NCBI RefSeq assembly: GCF_004010195.1
Contig: NW_025215356.1
Span: 62,001 to 119,742 of the forward strand
Source: Chiloscyllium plagiosum
Taxonomy: Eukaryota
Length of the DNA stretch: 57,742 bases
Direction of reading: 5' to 3'
A program made the position numbers and the translations under genes. This document shows, piece by piece, positions 39,601-54,600 of the stretch. A model generated the notes under the pieces. The model did not search any database. It was not told the DNA's origin and worked only from the letters and a program-made list of their open reading frames with translations. Positions within the stretch are counted from its first letter, which is position 1, and each line of letters opens with the position of its first letter.

Positions 39601-42600
39601 ATGCATGAATCTCACTTGATTTCTTTGCTCCCCAGCCCAGATCTCTTAAGAAAATCTCAAGGAATACATTTCATTTAAAACATCATATCATTCTGAGAGG
39701 GAAAAAAAGGCACTCTAAGTCAAACTATCCATTCATTGGTCATCTAGTGGGTTAAGCCTTCTTTCTCTTCGACTATTGAATTGGAAACCCAGGCTGCTAT
39801 CATAAAGAAAGGGCCCCTATTATTAACAGAGGGGCCAACAGCCCCAATGCAAATCCTTTGAGAATATGCTATTGTTCAATTCTATTGCTAACCATATAAA
39901 CTAAAATACTTAGAATCAGATTCTTGAGAAAGATGCTCAGGCGGCCTCCTAAATTGAAGGTATCAATCTTGGTTCAGTGGTAGTTCTTTGGCATCTGAGT
40001 CAGAAGACGGTGGGTTCAAGTCCTATTCCAGTGAGATAAACACAATACACAATGACACTAAACTTAGTCATTGAGATGTACAGCACGGAAACAGATCCTT
40101 CGGCTCAACTCCCCCATGCCGACCAGATATCCTAACCTAACATAGTCCCATTTGCCAGCAGTTGGCCCACATTCCTCTAAACCCTTCCTATTCACATAAC
40201 CATCCAGATGCCTCTTAAATGTTGCAATTGTACCAGCCTCTACCACTTCCTCTGGCAGCTCATTCCATACACTTACCACCTTGTGTGAAAAAGTTTCCCC
40301 GTACGTCTCTTTTATATCTTTCCCCTCTCACCCCAGGGAAAAGACTTTGTCTATTTACCCTATCCATGCCCCCCTTGATTTTATAAACCTCTATAAGGTC
40401 ACCCATCGGTCTCTGACGCTCCAGGAAGAAACAGCCTCAGCCTGTTCAGCCTCTCCTTATTGCTCAAATCCTCCAACCCTGGCAACATTCTTGTAAATCT
40501 TTTCTGAACCCTTTCAAGTTTCACAACATCCTTCCGATAGGAAGGAGACCAGAATTACACACAATATCCCAAAAGTGACCTAACCAATGTCCTGTACAGC
40601 CGCAACATGACCTCCCTACTCTTACACTCAATACACTGGCCAGTAAAGGAAAGCATACAAATGCCTTATTCACTATCCTATCTACCTGTGACTCTACTTT
40701 CAATGAGCTATGAACCTGCACTCCAAGGTCTCTTTGTTCAGCAACACTTCTAGGACCTTACCATAAGTTCTGTTAAGATTTGCTTTCCCAATATGCAGCA
40801 CCTCCCATTTATCAAAATTAAACTCCATTTGCCCCTTCTCAGCCCATTGGCCCATCTGATCAAGATCCCATTGTAATCTGAGGTAATCTTCTTCAGTGTC
40901 CACTACATCTCCAATTTTGGTGTCATCTGCAAAACTTACTAATCATATTTCCTATGTTCACATCTAAGTCATTTATATAAATGACAAAAAATAGTAAACC
41001 CAGCACCGACCCTTGTGGCACTCCACTGGTCACAGGCCTCCAGTCTGAAAAACAACCCTCCACCATCACCCTCTGTCTTCTACCTTTGAGCCAGTTCTAT
41101 ATTCAAATGGCTAGTTCTCCCTGTATTCCGTGAGATCTAACCTTGCTAATCAGTCTCCCATGGGGAACCTTGTCAAATGCCTTACTGAAGTCCATATAGA
41201 TCACATTTACCTGTCTGCCCTTATCAGCCCTCTTTGTTACTTCTTCAAAAAAACTCAATCAAGTTTGTGAGACATGATTTCCCACGCACAAGCCATGCTG
41301 ACTATTCCTAATCAGTACAGCCTTTCCAAATACATGTACATCCTGTCCCTCAGGATTCCCTCCAACAACTTGCCCACCACCGACATCAGGCGCACCGTTC
41401 TATAGTTCCCTGGCTTGATTTCCACCTTTCTTAAATAGTGGTACCATGTTAGCCAACCTGCAGTCTTCCAGCACCTCACCTGTGACTATCGGTGATACAA
41501 ATATCTCAGCAAGAGGCCCAGCAATCACTTCTCTAGTTTCCCACAGAGTTCTAGGGTACAGCTGAGGTCCTGACAATTTATCTACCTTTATGTGTTTCAA
41601 AACATCCAGCACCACCACCTTTGTACGATGGACATTTTTCAAAATGATACCATTTATTTCTCTCCATTCTATATCTTCCATGTCCTTCTCCACAGTAAAC
41701 AGTGACACAAAATACTCATTTATTATCTCCGCCATCTCCTGCATTCCATATATAGGCTCCTTTGCTGATCTTTGAGGGGCTTTATTCTCTCCCTCGTTAT
41801 CCTTTTGTCCTTAATGTATTTGTAAAACCCTTTGGATTCTCCTTAACCCTACTTGCCAAAGCTATCTCATGTCCCTTTTTTGCCTTCCTGATTTCCCTTG
41901 TTAGTATACTCCAACTACCTTTATGCTCAAAGGGTTCACTGAATCTATCCTCTCCATATCTGACATATGCTTCCCTCTTTTTCTTAACCAAAACCTCAAT
42001 TTCTCTAGTCATCCAGCCTTCCTGACACCTATCAAGAATATACTGTCTCTAGATTCTCATTATCTCATTTCTGAAGGCTTCCCATTTTCCAGCCATCCCT
42101 TTACATGCAAATATCTACCCCCCAATCAGCTTAATAGTGTCAAAGTTAGCACGCCTCCAATTTAGAACTTCAACTTTTAGATTTGGTTTATCCTTTTCCA
42201 TCACTATTTTAAAACTAATAGAATTATGGTCACTGGCCTCAAAGTCACCTGCCCTGCCTTATTTCCCAAAGGTAGGTCAAGTTTTGCAGCTTTTCTAGTA
42301 GGTACTGAGGCTGGGCTGCATTTTTGGAATCAGTCTCTCCAGTGAGATGTTAAACAAAGGCTCTGCTCTTAGGCTTTCAAGATCTGATGGGACTATTCTG
42401 AAGAGCATCAGAGTTCTCCCTGGTGTCCTGGCCAATATATTTATAACAGAATGAACATCACAAAAGTATGCTATCATTACCACATTAATCTCTGTAGGAA
42501 CTTGAAAGTAATTCTTGCACTTCCTACGTTACTGATTATAAAGGATTTTGGGATGGCCTGTTGACTTGAAAGGCACTAAGTAAGTCAAAGTTATTTCTGT

Positions 42601-45600
42601 CTTAATAGCTTACTTTTCTTTCAGGTTTCAGTTATCAGTGAGTTCATCCAGTGAGCAACTGTGACATTCAGGCAGAGATACAAGAATTGGTTTAAGCAGA
42701 GCTAGCTTCAATGACAGTACAATTGTTTGTGACCAAAGTTATGGAGATGATAGCAGCCAGCCAAACATACACTCCTGAACAATATTTAATCCACTCTGCA
42801 CAATATAACATGTAATTTAGTGCTGATACTGTATAAACCATGCTTACACACCTATCTCATCTATAGGTTGCTTGACTCCAATTTCATTGTTCACAGTCAT
42901 TATTGACACCAAACTCGTATCTGGTCGAATTGCCTCCTCGAGTTCCTAGTTAAGAAAAATCCCACAGTCAGAACATCAAAAAGCTTTCTTTTTCCCTCTC
43001 TAAGCTACCTTCTGGCAAACTGCTGTGTGATCTAATTAGCTTTAGATGACTATCCTTCATTTAATGAAGATGCTGAAGGGATCAATTTTTAAACCAACAC
43101 AATGCAAGGTAACCATGACTGAAAGATTTGCATAGTTATAACCCTTGCCATTAAGCCAGAGGGCTGTGGAATCAAGTCCCACTGCAGATTCTTGATCGTA
43201 CAACTCAGGCCTTTTTTGTAAAAAAGATATTCACTTACAGGATCTAGGCGTCACTGGCCAGGCCAATATTTATTTTCCATCCCTAACTGCCCACACAGCA
43301 GTTAAAAGTCAAGCACATCGTTGTGGGTCTGGAGTCACATATAGGCCAGGCAATGTAAGAATGGCAATTTTCTTCCTCAAAAAGACATTAGTGAACCAGA
43401 CAGGGTTTTCTGACAACTTATAATGGTCACCATTAGATTCATAATTCCAGATTTTTATTGAATTGAAATTCCACTGTCTAACATGGCATGATTCAAATCC
43501 AGGACCTATTCAAATCTGGGTCTTTGGATTAATAGTCTAGAGATGATACCACTAGACCACACACTCGCACTTTCTGGTTGCTCTTTCACACAGATTGCCC
43601 ATATCCGCAAGCTATAAGGAGTTGTCAGGCGTCTATAACCTATATCGATTAACGTGCTTCAAGTGTTAATTTTTTCTGAAATATCTGTCACAGATACAAC
43701 CTACTTTTAAATCTACAAGTCCATTGGTCTTTACTGGCAAATAAGTCACATCGAAACCCTCAGTCTCAAGCATACGGCATGAATCCAATACACACTTATG
43801 TTCTGTCTGGCTTGTGATGATGTGCTTCTTCTTGGCTTTATAAAATCTTGCAACACCCTAATAATAACAAAAGGAAGAGAAATAAATCTTAACTTCTGAA
43901 AGTTGGATAAATATAACTGAACAGAAATGGATCCCCACTTAAAGAGCTACACAAAATATAGTAATAATTCACAATTATTAAATGGATCAGGTAGCATCCA
44001 TGGAGAGAGAGCTAGCTAATTTTGAGTCTAGCTGACTTAGACTTGAAACACTGGCTTACTTTCTCTCTATGGATGCTGCCTGACCACTGTGACCTCTAGT
44101 ATTTACTGTTTTCAGTACAGATTCCAGCATCTGTAGTAATGTGGTCTTAAATATTATCTTACTTTTCTTTTTAAACAGCAAATAATAAAGGCTTAGATTA
44201 GGAGATCAGTTTTCACCCCTTTTAGTACAGATTAAGGGTTAATCCAATTGATGTTTAAAATGAGTAACTACCCTATTTACTCTTGTTGGGGAATCCAGAC
44301 CATTGCATTATAATCTTTCAATGAGAGCTAGGTTGTTTTGAGTGATGTTAGGAAGCACCTAGGGGAAAATATAGAGCTCTCCAACGAAAAGGGAGACAAC
44401 TATGAGGCTGGGATCAATTAAAAAATTCACAATGGAGATTGACCAATTTTGTTAGGTAAGAATTATGGAGCCAATGGAATTCAGGTATAATCAGGATATA
44501 TGGCTCAATCGGCTCGAGGAGATGAATTACCCTTGCCAGTTCTACTTTATTTCAGCAATACATGCTAGCTTGGCAAAACTGGACAAGATCTAGCCCATAT
44601 ACTTTAGTCTGACATTGCATCAGGATTCCTACTACTTGCGATATAAATCCAAAGTATAGAATGATGTTAAACATGTAACAAGATGCGACAGAGATTAATA
44701 ATCTTCAAGGATGAAATAGATAAGGACAAAAGGCCTTCCTCATCTAATCTTATCCTACGATGTAGACAAATCGAGCAGCACGTTGTATGCAAACCCGGTG
44801 CCAACATTCACCAATAATACAAGCTATTTCACAAAACATTTGGCATTCTTTGGGATTTCCTGTGATGCTTTATAAAAGATAAAATTTCTTTCTGTCTCTC
44901 AAATTCAATAATATAGGTCAGTCTTCACCAAACTGTAAACCAACCATCAGCACAAGTCATATTTTGGTCCAAACATGAATGCAACACATGCAAATAAGGC
45001 ATAAAAACTTAACATTTAAAAAAAATCAGAATCCCTGAAAAAAATACAAAAACTTGCTAACAGATTTACACCTTCCATATTTCTGCAAACCATAATAGTG
45101 AATTCAAGAGTCAGGAAACTCAATCATTTCATAAAACAATTAATAGTTTAACTGAGATGCAGCTGTCATTTAAAATAAAACTGTGTAATCACATATTTAC
45201 TCTCAGTGAACGGCAAAAATCAACCAGATTACTTCACATTTTAACCAGAGTCAAATGCTGCACATCTGATGACCTAGCTGAAATAAGATAGGATCTATTG
45301 ACTCCCAATGACACAGTTAAACATTTCTCAAAACCAAAAAGGTCTGTATAGAAATCTTAGTAATGATAAAACAATGATTCAGGTTAATACATTAGCTATT
45401 GCATTTCACAAAGAAGCTCACGTCCTGTCAACAGGCAGATTAACCATCAACGCAGATCAGATTTGCAGCATTCCAAAGCTAGGACATACATAACACCAAT
45501 CAGAAAAAGTACCTTAATGGCAATGTTGTTTGATTCTGTAGCACCACTGGTGAAGATGACTTCTCTAGGATCTGCGCCTATCAGGTCAGCTGTTTGCTGC

Positions 45601-48600
45601 AGAGACAATTGATTTGGTCAAAATAATAAAACTACAAACTCAATAAACAACTGGATTTGTATCCAATTAGCTCACAATAAGAACATCCTTAAACTAAAAA
45701 GTGCTTTAAAATATGCACTTCAGACAGCTCAGGCTAAAAGGAACATATTTAATCTCACAACTTGACTAAGCAAGTTACTGGACAAGTTAACTTTACAGGA
45801 CAGTTAACATCAAAAGATGTTAACCCTAGTCCAACAAAATTAAAAATCACAACATCAGGTTATTGTCCAACAGGTTTCTTTGGAGGTACAAGCTTTCAGA
45901 GTGCTGCACCTTCATCAGCTAACGAGTGGGGCAGGATGATAAAACACAGAATTTATAGCAAAAGATCATAGTTCAAAGTTTGTGAGAAGATTTGTAGCTC
46001 GGGTGCTCGTTGTTGTGGTTCTGTTCACCGAGCTGGGAATTTGTGTTGCAGACGTTTCATCCCCTGTCTAGGTGACAGCCTCAGTGCTTGGGAGCCTCCT
46101 GTGAAGCACTTCTGTGATGTTTCCTCTGCCATTTATAGTGGTTTGTCTCTGCCATTTCCGGTTGTCAGTTCCAGCTGTCCGCTGCAGTGGTCGGTATATT
46201 GGGTCCAGGTCGATGTGCTTATTGATTGAATCTGTGGATGAGTGCCATGCCTCTAGGAATTCCCTGGCTGTTCTCTGTTTGGCTTGTCCTATAATGGTAG
46301 TGTTGTCCCAGTTGAACTCATGTTGCTTGTTTTCTTTCCCTTCGGCATCTGTTGATGAAATTGCGCAGGTATCCGTTTTTGGCAAATACATTGTAGAGGT
46401 GTTCTTCTTCCTCTTTTTGCAGTTCTGGTGTACTGCAGCTATCCTTAGTAGCCACACACGCAGATGACAAGCAATAGGAGTTGCAACATCAAAAGCAGCA
46501 TTTCAACTTGCAGCACAGCGGGAGGCCATTCTCCTTTACAAATACTTTCTTTTGATCCTTAACCAGAAGTTACTGACCATGCTCAAGTACTTGACCAACT
46601 TCCTTTTAAAATTATTGATGGGGTCAGCTTTTACCAGCTTTTCAGGTAGACCACTCCAGAGCCTGACAAACCCAGTAGGGAAAAAAAGTCTCCATTTCTC
46701 TTGACTTTTTGGTAATGACTTTAAAATCATGATCTCTGTTTATTTACCCAATTTTCTGAAGAATCTTCTCTCCTTCAATTAGAAGCAGAGAAAACAAGAA
46801 TAGAATTAAATTCTTTAGAGAAAAAAAATTGCATGTTGATGGCTGAAGTAAGCCAGAAAAGAAAACAATGAATTGTTTAGAAACTTGCTCCAAGTTTGGG
46901 TCTCAACTACGAAGAGCTAGGCAAGTGATTACTTGGCCTCAGTTAGTGCATGTAAAAGAAAGTCTTCAAAAGGAGAAAAAGCAGATAAAGAACCAGTTTT
47001 TCCTGCCTACAACCTCCGAGGGCACCTCAAATATCTACTGAACATAATGTAAACACAGAAGCAGTAAGCCATGCTGCCTTTTGAGCCTGCACTGCCACGA
47101 AATAAGATCATGCTGGTCTTCTACTTCAACTCTAATTTCCCACACATCCCTTGATTCCTTTAGTCCACAAATCTATCCACTTCAATCCAGAATAGGTAAT
47201 CACTCTTCTTCAATGGGCTCTGGGGTGGCTGATGAATCCAATGTATCATGTGCAGACTGCTGTGTATGGCAGATGGTGCTTGAAGGGTCATGCAGATGAG
47301 GTGTTTGGAGATTTGCTCTCTCCAATATTTCAATTTCATAACTGCATGTTCTTGAAGTCTCTCAATGTATTGAGTGTTTTCCCAAATTATACTTTTTGGC
47401 CAGTCACAAACTTGGCCCATTCCAGCTAGTGTCACCCACGTGTTAGTGGGGATGTTTGATCTCCCCAGAGATGTTTCAAGGACATCCCTAAAGCATACCT
47501 CTTGCTCTCCTGGGAACCTGGTGTTAGGCATATGAATGCCATATCTCACCCTATAGTTGGTTTTAAATGATTAATGCCTCAATGCTAGGCAAGACAGTTT
47601 TAGAGAGGGCTCTATTATTGGCTTGCCTTTCTGATCATGGGATTGGAAATTATTCCAGAGGCACCAGTGGTGATAAATTTGAAGACATGTATGAAATAAA
47701 ATACATACCTGAGTATTCAAAGGGATTGGTGATGCTCAGTAAACCACAACCTAGGATCGGAAAACCTGGCCCTCAGATAGTCTTTTGCTCAATTAAAGTC
47801 TGAGCTGGTAAGTTGGAAGAGATAATGAATTTCTCTGACTTTCAAAAGTCTCCTTTTACATGCATTAACAGAGGCGAAGTAATCTCTTTCCTGGCATTTG
47901 GTAATTGTGATCCAAACTTTGGATAAGATTCTAAACAATTCATTTTTTCTTCTTCTGGCTTACTTCAACCATCAATACGCATTTTTTTCAGAAAACTTTA
48001 ATTCTGCTCTTATTTTTTTTCCACTTCTAATTGACAGGAAGCTCCTAAGTTACAGAATATATACTTAGGAGGAATGTCAACTAAGATCCCAATTTCAACT
48101 TGAAAGCCCTCAACTTGATTCCTCATATCCCATTTATACCCCATTCATCAGCTGAAAAATTACAAGGACTGAGGTAGAACAATCGTAGGAACATGGGTTC
48201 AGGAGCAGGCAATTCAGTCTAACTCAGTCTAAAGCTGCTGCACCATTTAATATAGAGTCATAGAGATATACAGCATAGAAACAGATCCCTCAGTCCAACT
48301 TGTCCATGCCGACCAAATATCCTAACCTAATCTAGTCCCATTTGCCTGCACTTGGCCAATATCCCTCTAAACCCTTCCTATTCATAGAACATAGTACAAT
48401 ACAGCGCAGAACAGGCCCTTCGGCCCTCGATGTTGCACCAATCTATGAACTAATCTAAGCCCATCCCCCTACACCTCTGGGCCACCCGGACGAACCAACC
48501 CAATCACCCTGTAGCACAGCATTTCAACTCCCCCTCCCACTCCACCGAGGAAAGTTTCAGCTTTGATCTCCAGCGTCTGCAGACCTCACTTTCTCCATCC

Positions 48601-51600
48601 CCCTACACTATTCCATCATCATCCATATGCTTATCCATGGATCGTTTAAATCTCCCTAAATTGGCTGAGTTAACTACATTGGCAGACAGGGCATTCCACG
48701 CCCTTACCATTTCCTGAGTAAAGAATCTGCCTCTGACATCAGTCTTAAAGCTATCATCCCTTAATCTGTAGTTATGCCCCCTCGTACAAGCTGACATCAT
48801 CCGAGAAAAAAAACGTTCACTGTCCACCCTATCTAATCCTCTGATCATCTTGTATGTCTCTATTAAATCTCCTCTTAGCCTTCTTCATTTCAATGAAAAC
48901 AGATCTAAGTCTCTCAGCTTTCCTAATAAGACCTTCTCTCCAGATCAGGCAATATCCTGGTAAATCTCCTCTGCACCTTTTCCAATGCTTCCACATCCTT
49001 CTTGTAATAGGGCGACCAGAACTGTACACAAACTTCCAAGTGCGACCACACAAGCGTTTTGTATAGTTGCAGCATGACATTACAGCTCTGGAACTCAATT
49101 CCTCTGCCAATAAAACCTAACACACCGTATGCCTTCTTAACAGCACTATCAACCTGGGTGGCAACTTTGAGGGATCTACGTACATGGACACCAAGATCCC
49201 TTTGTACATCCAGACCACCAAGAGTCTTTCCATTGACCCAATATTCTGCCTTCCTGTTGTTCTTCCCAAAGTGAATCACCTCACGTTTAACTGCATTGAA
49301 CTCCATTTACCACCTCTCAACCCAAGTCTGCAATTTATCCAAGTCCCCCTGTAATCTGTAATATTCTTCCATACTGTCCACTACTCCACCGACTTTAGTG
49401 TCATCTGCAAACTTACTAACCCATCCACCTATGCCTGCGATCAAGTCATTTATGAAAATGACAAACAGCAGTGGTCCCAACACAGATCCGTGTGGTACAC
49501 TACTAGTAACCAGACTCCGGCTGAATATTTTCCATCAACCACTACTCGCTGCCTTCTTACAGAAAGCCAGTTTCTAATCCAAACTGCTAAATCACCCTCA
49601 ATCCCATGCCTCCGCATTTTCTCCAAAAGCCTACCATGTGGGGAGCCTACCATGTGGGGAACCTTATCAAAGGTTTTACTGAAGTCCATGTACACCGCAT
49701 CAACTGCTCTACCCTCTTCCACATGCTTGGTCAACTTCTCCAAAAAACTCAGTGAGATTATTGAGATTTGACCTGCCCTTGACAAAATCATGTTGACAAT
49801 ATGAAATCAAATTGTGCTTGCTAGATGATTATAAATCCTATCTCTTATAATCCTTACCCAAAACTAATCCTGCAACAGATGTAAGGCTCACTGGTCTATA
49901 ATTACCCGGATCATCTCTACTGCCCTTCTTGAACAAGGGCAAAACATTTTCAATCCTCTAGTGCTTAGGTACTAAACCTGCAGGCAATGACGACTCAAAA
50001 GATTAAAGCCTAAGGCTCCACCATCTCCTCCCCAGCTTCCCAGAAAATCCTCTGATAAATCCCATCCGGCCCAAGGGATCATTTACCCATTCAGATGCCT
50101 TTCAAATGTTGTAATTGTACCAGCCTTCGTCACTTCCTCTAGCAACTCATTCCATACATGTATTACCCTCTGCATGGAAAAGTTATCCTTTAGTCCCTTT
50201 TAATCTTTCTCCTCCCACCTTAAACCTATGCCCTCTAGTTTTGTATTCCCCACCCACAGGAAAAGACCTGTCCATGCCCCTCATGATTTGATAAACCCCT
50301 GTAAGGTCACTCCTCAGACTCCGACGCTCCAGGGAAAATAGCCCCAGTCTATTCAGCCTCTAGATTAGATTAGATTAGATTACTTACAGTGTGGAAACAG
50401 GCCCTTTGGCCCAACAAGTCCACACCGACCCTCCGAAGAGCAACCCACCCAGACCCATTGCCCACATTTACCCCTTCACCTAACACTATGGGCAATTTAG
50501 CATGGCCAATTCACCTAACCTGCACATCTTTGGACTATGGGAGGAAACCGGAGCACTCTGAGAAAATCCACGCAGACACGGGGAGAATGTGCAAACTCCA
50601 CACAGACAGTTGCCAGAGGCGGGAATTGAACCCAGGTCTCTGGCGCTCTGAGACAGCAGTGCTAACCACTATGCCACCCATATACTTATACCTGAAACCC
50701 TCCAACTCTGACAACATCCTTGTAGATCTTTGCTGAACCCATTCAACTTTCACATCACCCTTCCTGTAGCAGGGAGACCAGAATCAAAAGGAGTATTCCT
50801 CTAGTTGCCTAATCAGTGTCCTGTACAACTGCAACATGACCTCCCAACTCCTATACTCAATGCACTGACCAATAAAGGAAAGCATAGCAAACACCTTCTT
50901 CCCCACCCTGTCTACCTGTGACTCCACTTTCAAAGTACTATGAACCTGCACACCAAGATCTCTTTGTTCAGCAAAACCCTCCAGGACCTTACCATTAACT
51001 GTATAAGTCCTGCCCTGATTTGCCTTTCCAAAACACAGCATCTTATCTGACTCAATCTAAACATGTATCTCAATTAAACTCCATCTGCCACTCTTTGGCC
51101 CATCTGATCAAGATCCCATTGTACTCCGATGTAATCTACTTCACTATCTACTATACCTCCAATTTTGGGGTCATCTACAAACTTACTAACCACATCTTCT
51201 ACGTTCACATCTAAGTCATTTATGTAAATGATGAAAAACAGTGGACCCAGCACCAGTCCTCATGGCACACCACTGGTCAAAGGCATCCAGTCTGAAAAGT
51301 AACCCTCCACTACCACCCTCTGTTTTCTATCTTCAAGCCAGTTCTGTACCCAAATGGCTAGCTGTCCCTGTAATCAATGTGATTTAACTTGCTAACCAGT
51401 CTACCAAGAGGAAACTTGTCAAACATCTTATGGAAGTCCACATAGATCACATCCACTGCTCTGCTCTCATTAATCCTCTTCATTACTGCTTCAAAAGAAA
51501 AGCTTAATCAAGTTAAAGACATGACTTCCCACGCATAAAGCCATGTTAACTATCCCTAATCAGTCCTTGTCTTTCCAAATACATGTACATGTACATCCTG

Positions 51601-54600
51601 TTCCTCAGGATTACCTCCAAAAACATGCCCACCACCGATGTCAGGCTCACTGGTCTAATAGTTCCCTGGCTTGTCCTTACCACCTTTCCTAAATAGTGAC
51701 ATCATGCTAGCCAACCTCCAGCCTTCCGGCACATCACTTGTGGCTACTGATGATACAAATAAGTCAGCAAGGGGCCCAGCAATCACTTCCCTAGCTTCCC
51801 ACATAAATCGTTGGGACACCTGATCAGGTCATACAGATGTATAGCACGGAAACAGACCGCCCATGCCAACCAGATATCCCAACCCAATCTAGTCCCACCG
51901 GCCAGCACCCGGCCCATATCCCTCCAAACTTTTCCTATTCATATACCTATCCAGATGCCTTTTAAATGTTGCAATTGTACCAGCTTCCACCACTTCCTCT
52001 GGCAGCTCATTCCATACACTTACCACCCTCTGCATGAAAGAGTTGCACCTTAGGTCCCTTTTATATCTTTCCCCACTCACCCTAAACCTATGCCCTCTAG
52101 TTTTTGTCTTCCCACCCCAGGGAAAATACTTTGCCTATTTCTCATATCCATGCCCCTCATAATTTTGTAAACCTCTATACGGTCAACCGTCAGGTTCCAA
52201 CGCTCCAGGGAAAATAACCTCAGCCTATCTGACCTCTCCCAGTCGCTCAAATCCTCCAACCCTGGCAACTTTTTCGTAAATCTTTTCTGAAGCTTTCATG
52301 TTTCACAACATCTTTCCGATAGGAAGGAGACAAGAATTGCACGCAATATTCCAACAGTGGCCTAACCAATGTCCTGTACAGCTACAACATGACCTCTCAA
52401 CTACTGAACTCAATACTCTGACCAATAAACGAAAGCATACCAAATGCCTTTGTCACTATCCTATCTGCCTGCAACTCTACTTTCAGGAACTATGAACCAG
52501 CACTTCAAGGTCTCTTTATTCAGCAACACTCCCTAGGATCTTACCAATAAGTGTATAAGTCCTGCTAAGATTTGCTGTCCCAAAATGCAGCACCTCCCAT
52601 TTATCTGAATTAAACGCCATCTGCCACTCCCCAGCCCATTGGCCCATCTGATCAAGATCCCATTGTAATCTGAGGTAACCTTCTTCGCTGTCCACTACTT
52701 CTCCAATTTTCGTGTCATCTGCAAAACCTACTAATCATATCTCCCATGTTCACATCCAAATCATTTATATAAATGACAAAAAGAAGTGGACCCAGCACCG
52801 ATCCTTGTGGCACTCCACTGGTCACAGGCCTCCAGTCTGAAAAACAACCCTCCACCACCACCCTCTGTCTTCTACCTTTGAGCCAGTTCTGTATCCAAAT
52901 GGCTAGTTCTCCCTTTATTCCGTGAGATCTAACCTTGCGAACCAGTGTCCCATGGGGAACATTGTCGAACGCCTTACTGAAGTCTAAATAGATCACATCT
53001 ACCGCTCTGCCCTCATTAAACCTCTTTGTTACTTCTTCAAAAATCTCAGTCAAGTTTGTGAGACATGATTTCCCACGCACAAAGCCATATTGACTATCCC
53101 TGATCAGTCCTTGCCTTTCCAAATACATTGTTTTTTTGGGGGGGTATAATTTAAACTAATTGGCCGAATTCAAATTTGTTTTTGTCTCCAGACAACCAGT
53201 TACCATTGCTGCTGGACCACATGTTACGTTGTATCTTATTCAGAACACTTGATGTTGTCAGGTAGTTCTGCTGGCTTTTAACTTCCTTAAAAAAGGTACA
53301 GTACACCCACATCTTCACATCACATTCCCCCACCTCCCCCTCTACCCCCACACTGATCCCTGAGGAATCCCATTGACCATGGTCCGCAAACGCAAAAATG
53401 AGCCTTTATTCCTACACTATGTTTTCTGTTTGCTAATCCAGGCCAGTGCATCACCTCCTATCCCATGTGCTTTAAATCCTTCTATCTGGCCTCCTGTGGT
53501 GACATTATTAAAAGCCTTCCAAAAATCTAAACATATATTATCTATCTACTCCTTTTTATCAATTTTGCTAGCAACAATGCTAAAACCCCTCCAGAAGTCT
53601 GAAAACATAACAAAGGTACACTCCTTGCACAGCAGTACAACCTCACACACTTCACCCAGCAAAGAAGTGCATGTCGAGGGATATCAGGGATACTGTGATT
53701 GTGACTGCCTTCAAGAAAGACAATTCCAATTAGAACAACAAGGTTATTTCCCTACTGTCTGCCCCAGGGATAATCATTGCAAGGATTCTCCTTGATTGCT
53801 TCTTCCCAGTGCTGAACAAGGGTTACACCAGAAACATTGACTTCTCCACTTCCTGACGCTGACTGGCGAGCTGTGTTCTTCCATCCTTCTGCTCGTCTAT
53901 CATCCTAATCTCAGTACAGTTTTCACCATCTGAGAGCACCAGAGACATTATCTTCACCGCACAATAAATGCGCTAGAAAAGCATGAAACAGTACTAACCA
54001 CTCTACATAGCCTTTTCATAGCTGATGTAAAACCTTTCATTCTTGTCAACTGCAAAAATTTATAGATAGCCAAATTTGAGCAGGATGCTCCACAAATTTT
54101 ATTCTCCACCTATTCCATGATGAAATGCTAGCTGATCCTGACCAACAGAAGGACCACAGGCTCAGAGAAGAATGGGGTCAAACAATGTATGCCTTTGTAA
54201 ACATCTTTATTTTCCTTAATGCAGCATTGCAACTCACCTCCACAACATTACCCAGAAGCATGGAGAACAGATAGGAAACAGTTTGGCCTACATCACCTTC
54301 AACCCAATACCAGAACCACTCCAAATTTAGTCAGAGCTTTGGAATGCAGATGACTCTCAAGCGTTCATTCACGCAAGTTCCCCCCAACTTATTGTCAGTC
54401 CCTTCTCCAAGGGGCATTCTCTTCCAACCAGCTCTTATAACTCAACACTTCAGCCTTCAACTAAGATCAATAGCAAGATTATGGAAAATCTAGTCCATTT
54501 TCCATGCTTTGGAAGCATCTGCTTGATGAAGGTAGAGATGGAAAATCTACCTTGACTATGTCTCACATCTGAGAATTCAGTCCTCTGGGTAAAGAACTTA

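Larger units (their letters stand above)
48253..53128 (-). mobile_element. Nested LINE cluster in NFS1 intron 3: CR1 A (48253-48385 and 50085-51830), CR1 B (48386-50084), CR1 C (51831-53128)
   Basis: Three CR1 3' tails and RT motif sets ([48 protein letters not shown]). Element A resumes after B ends. Confidence 0.9.
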
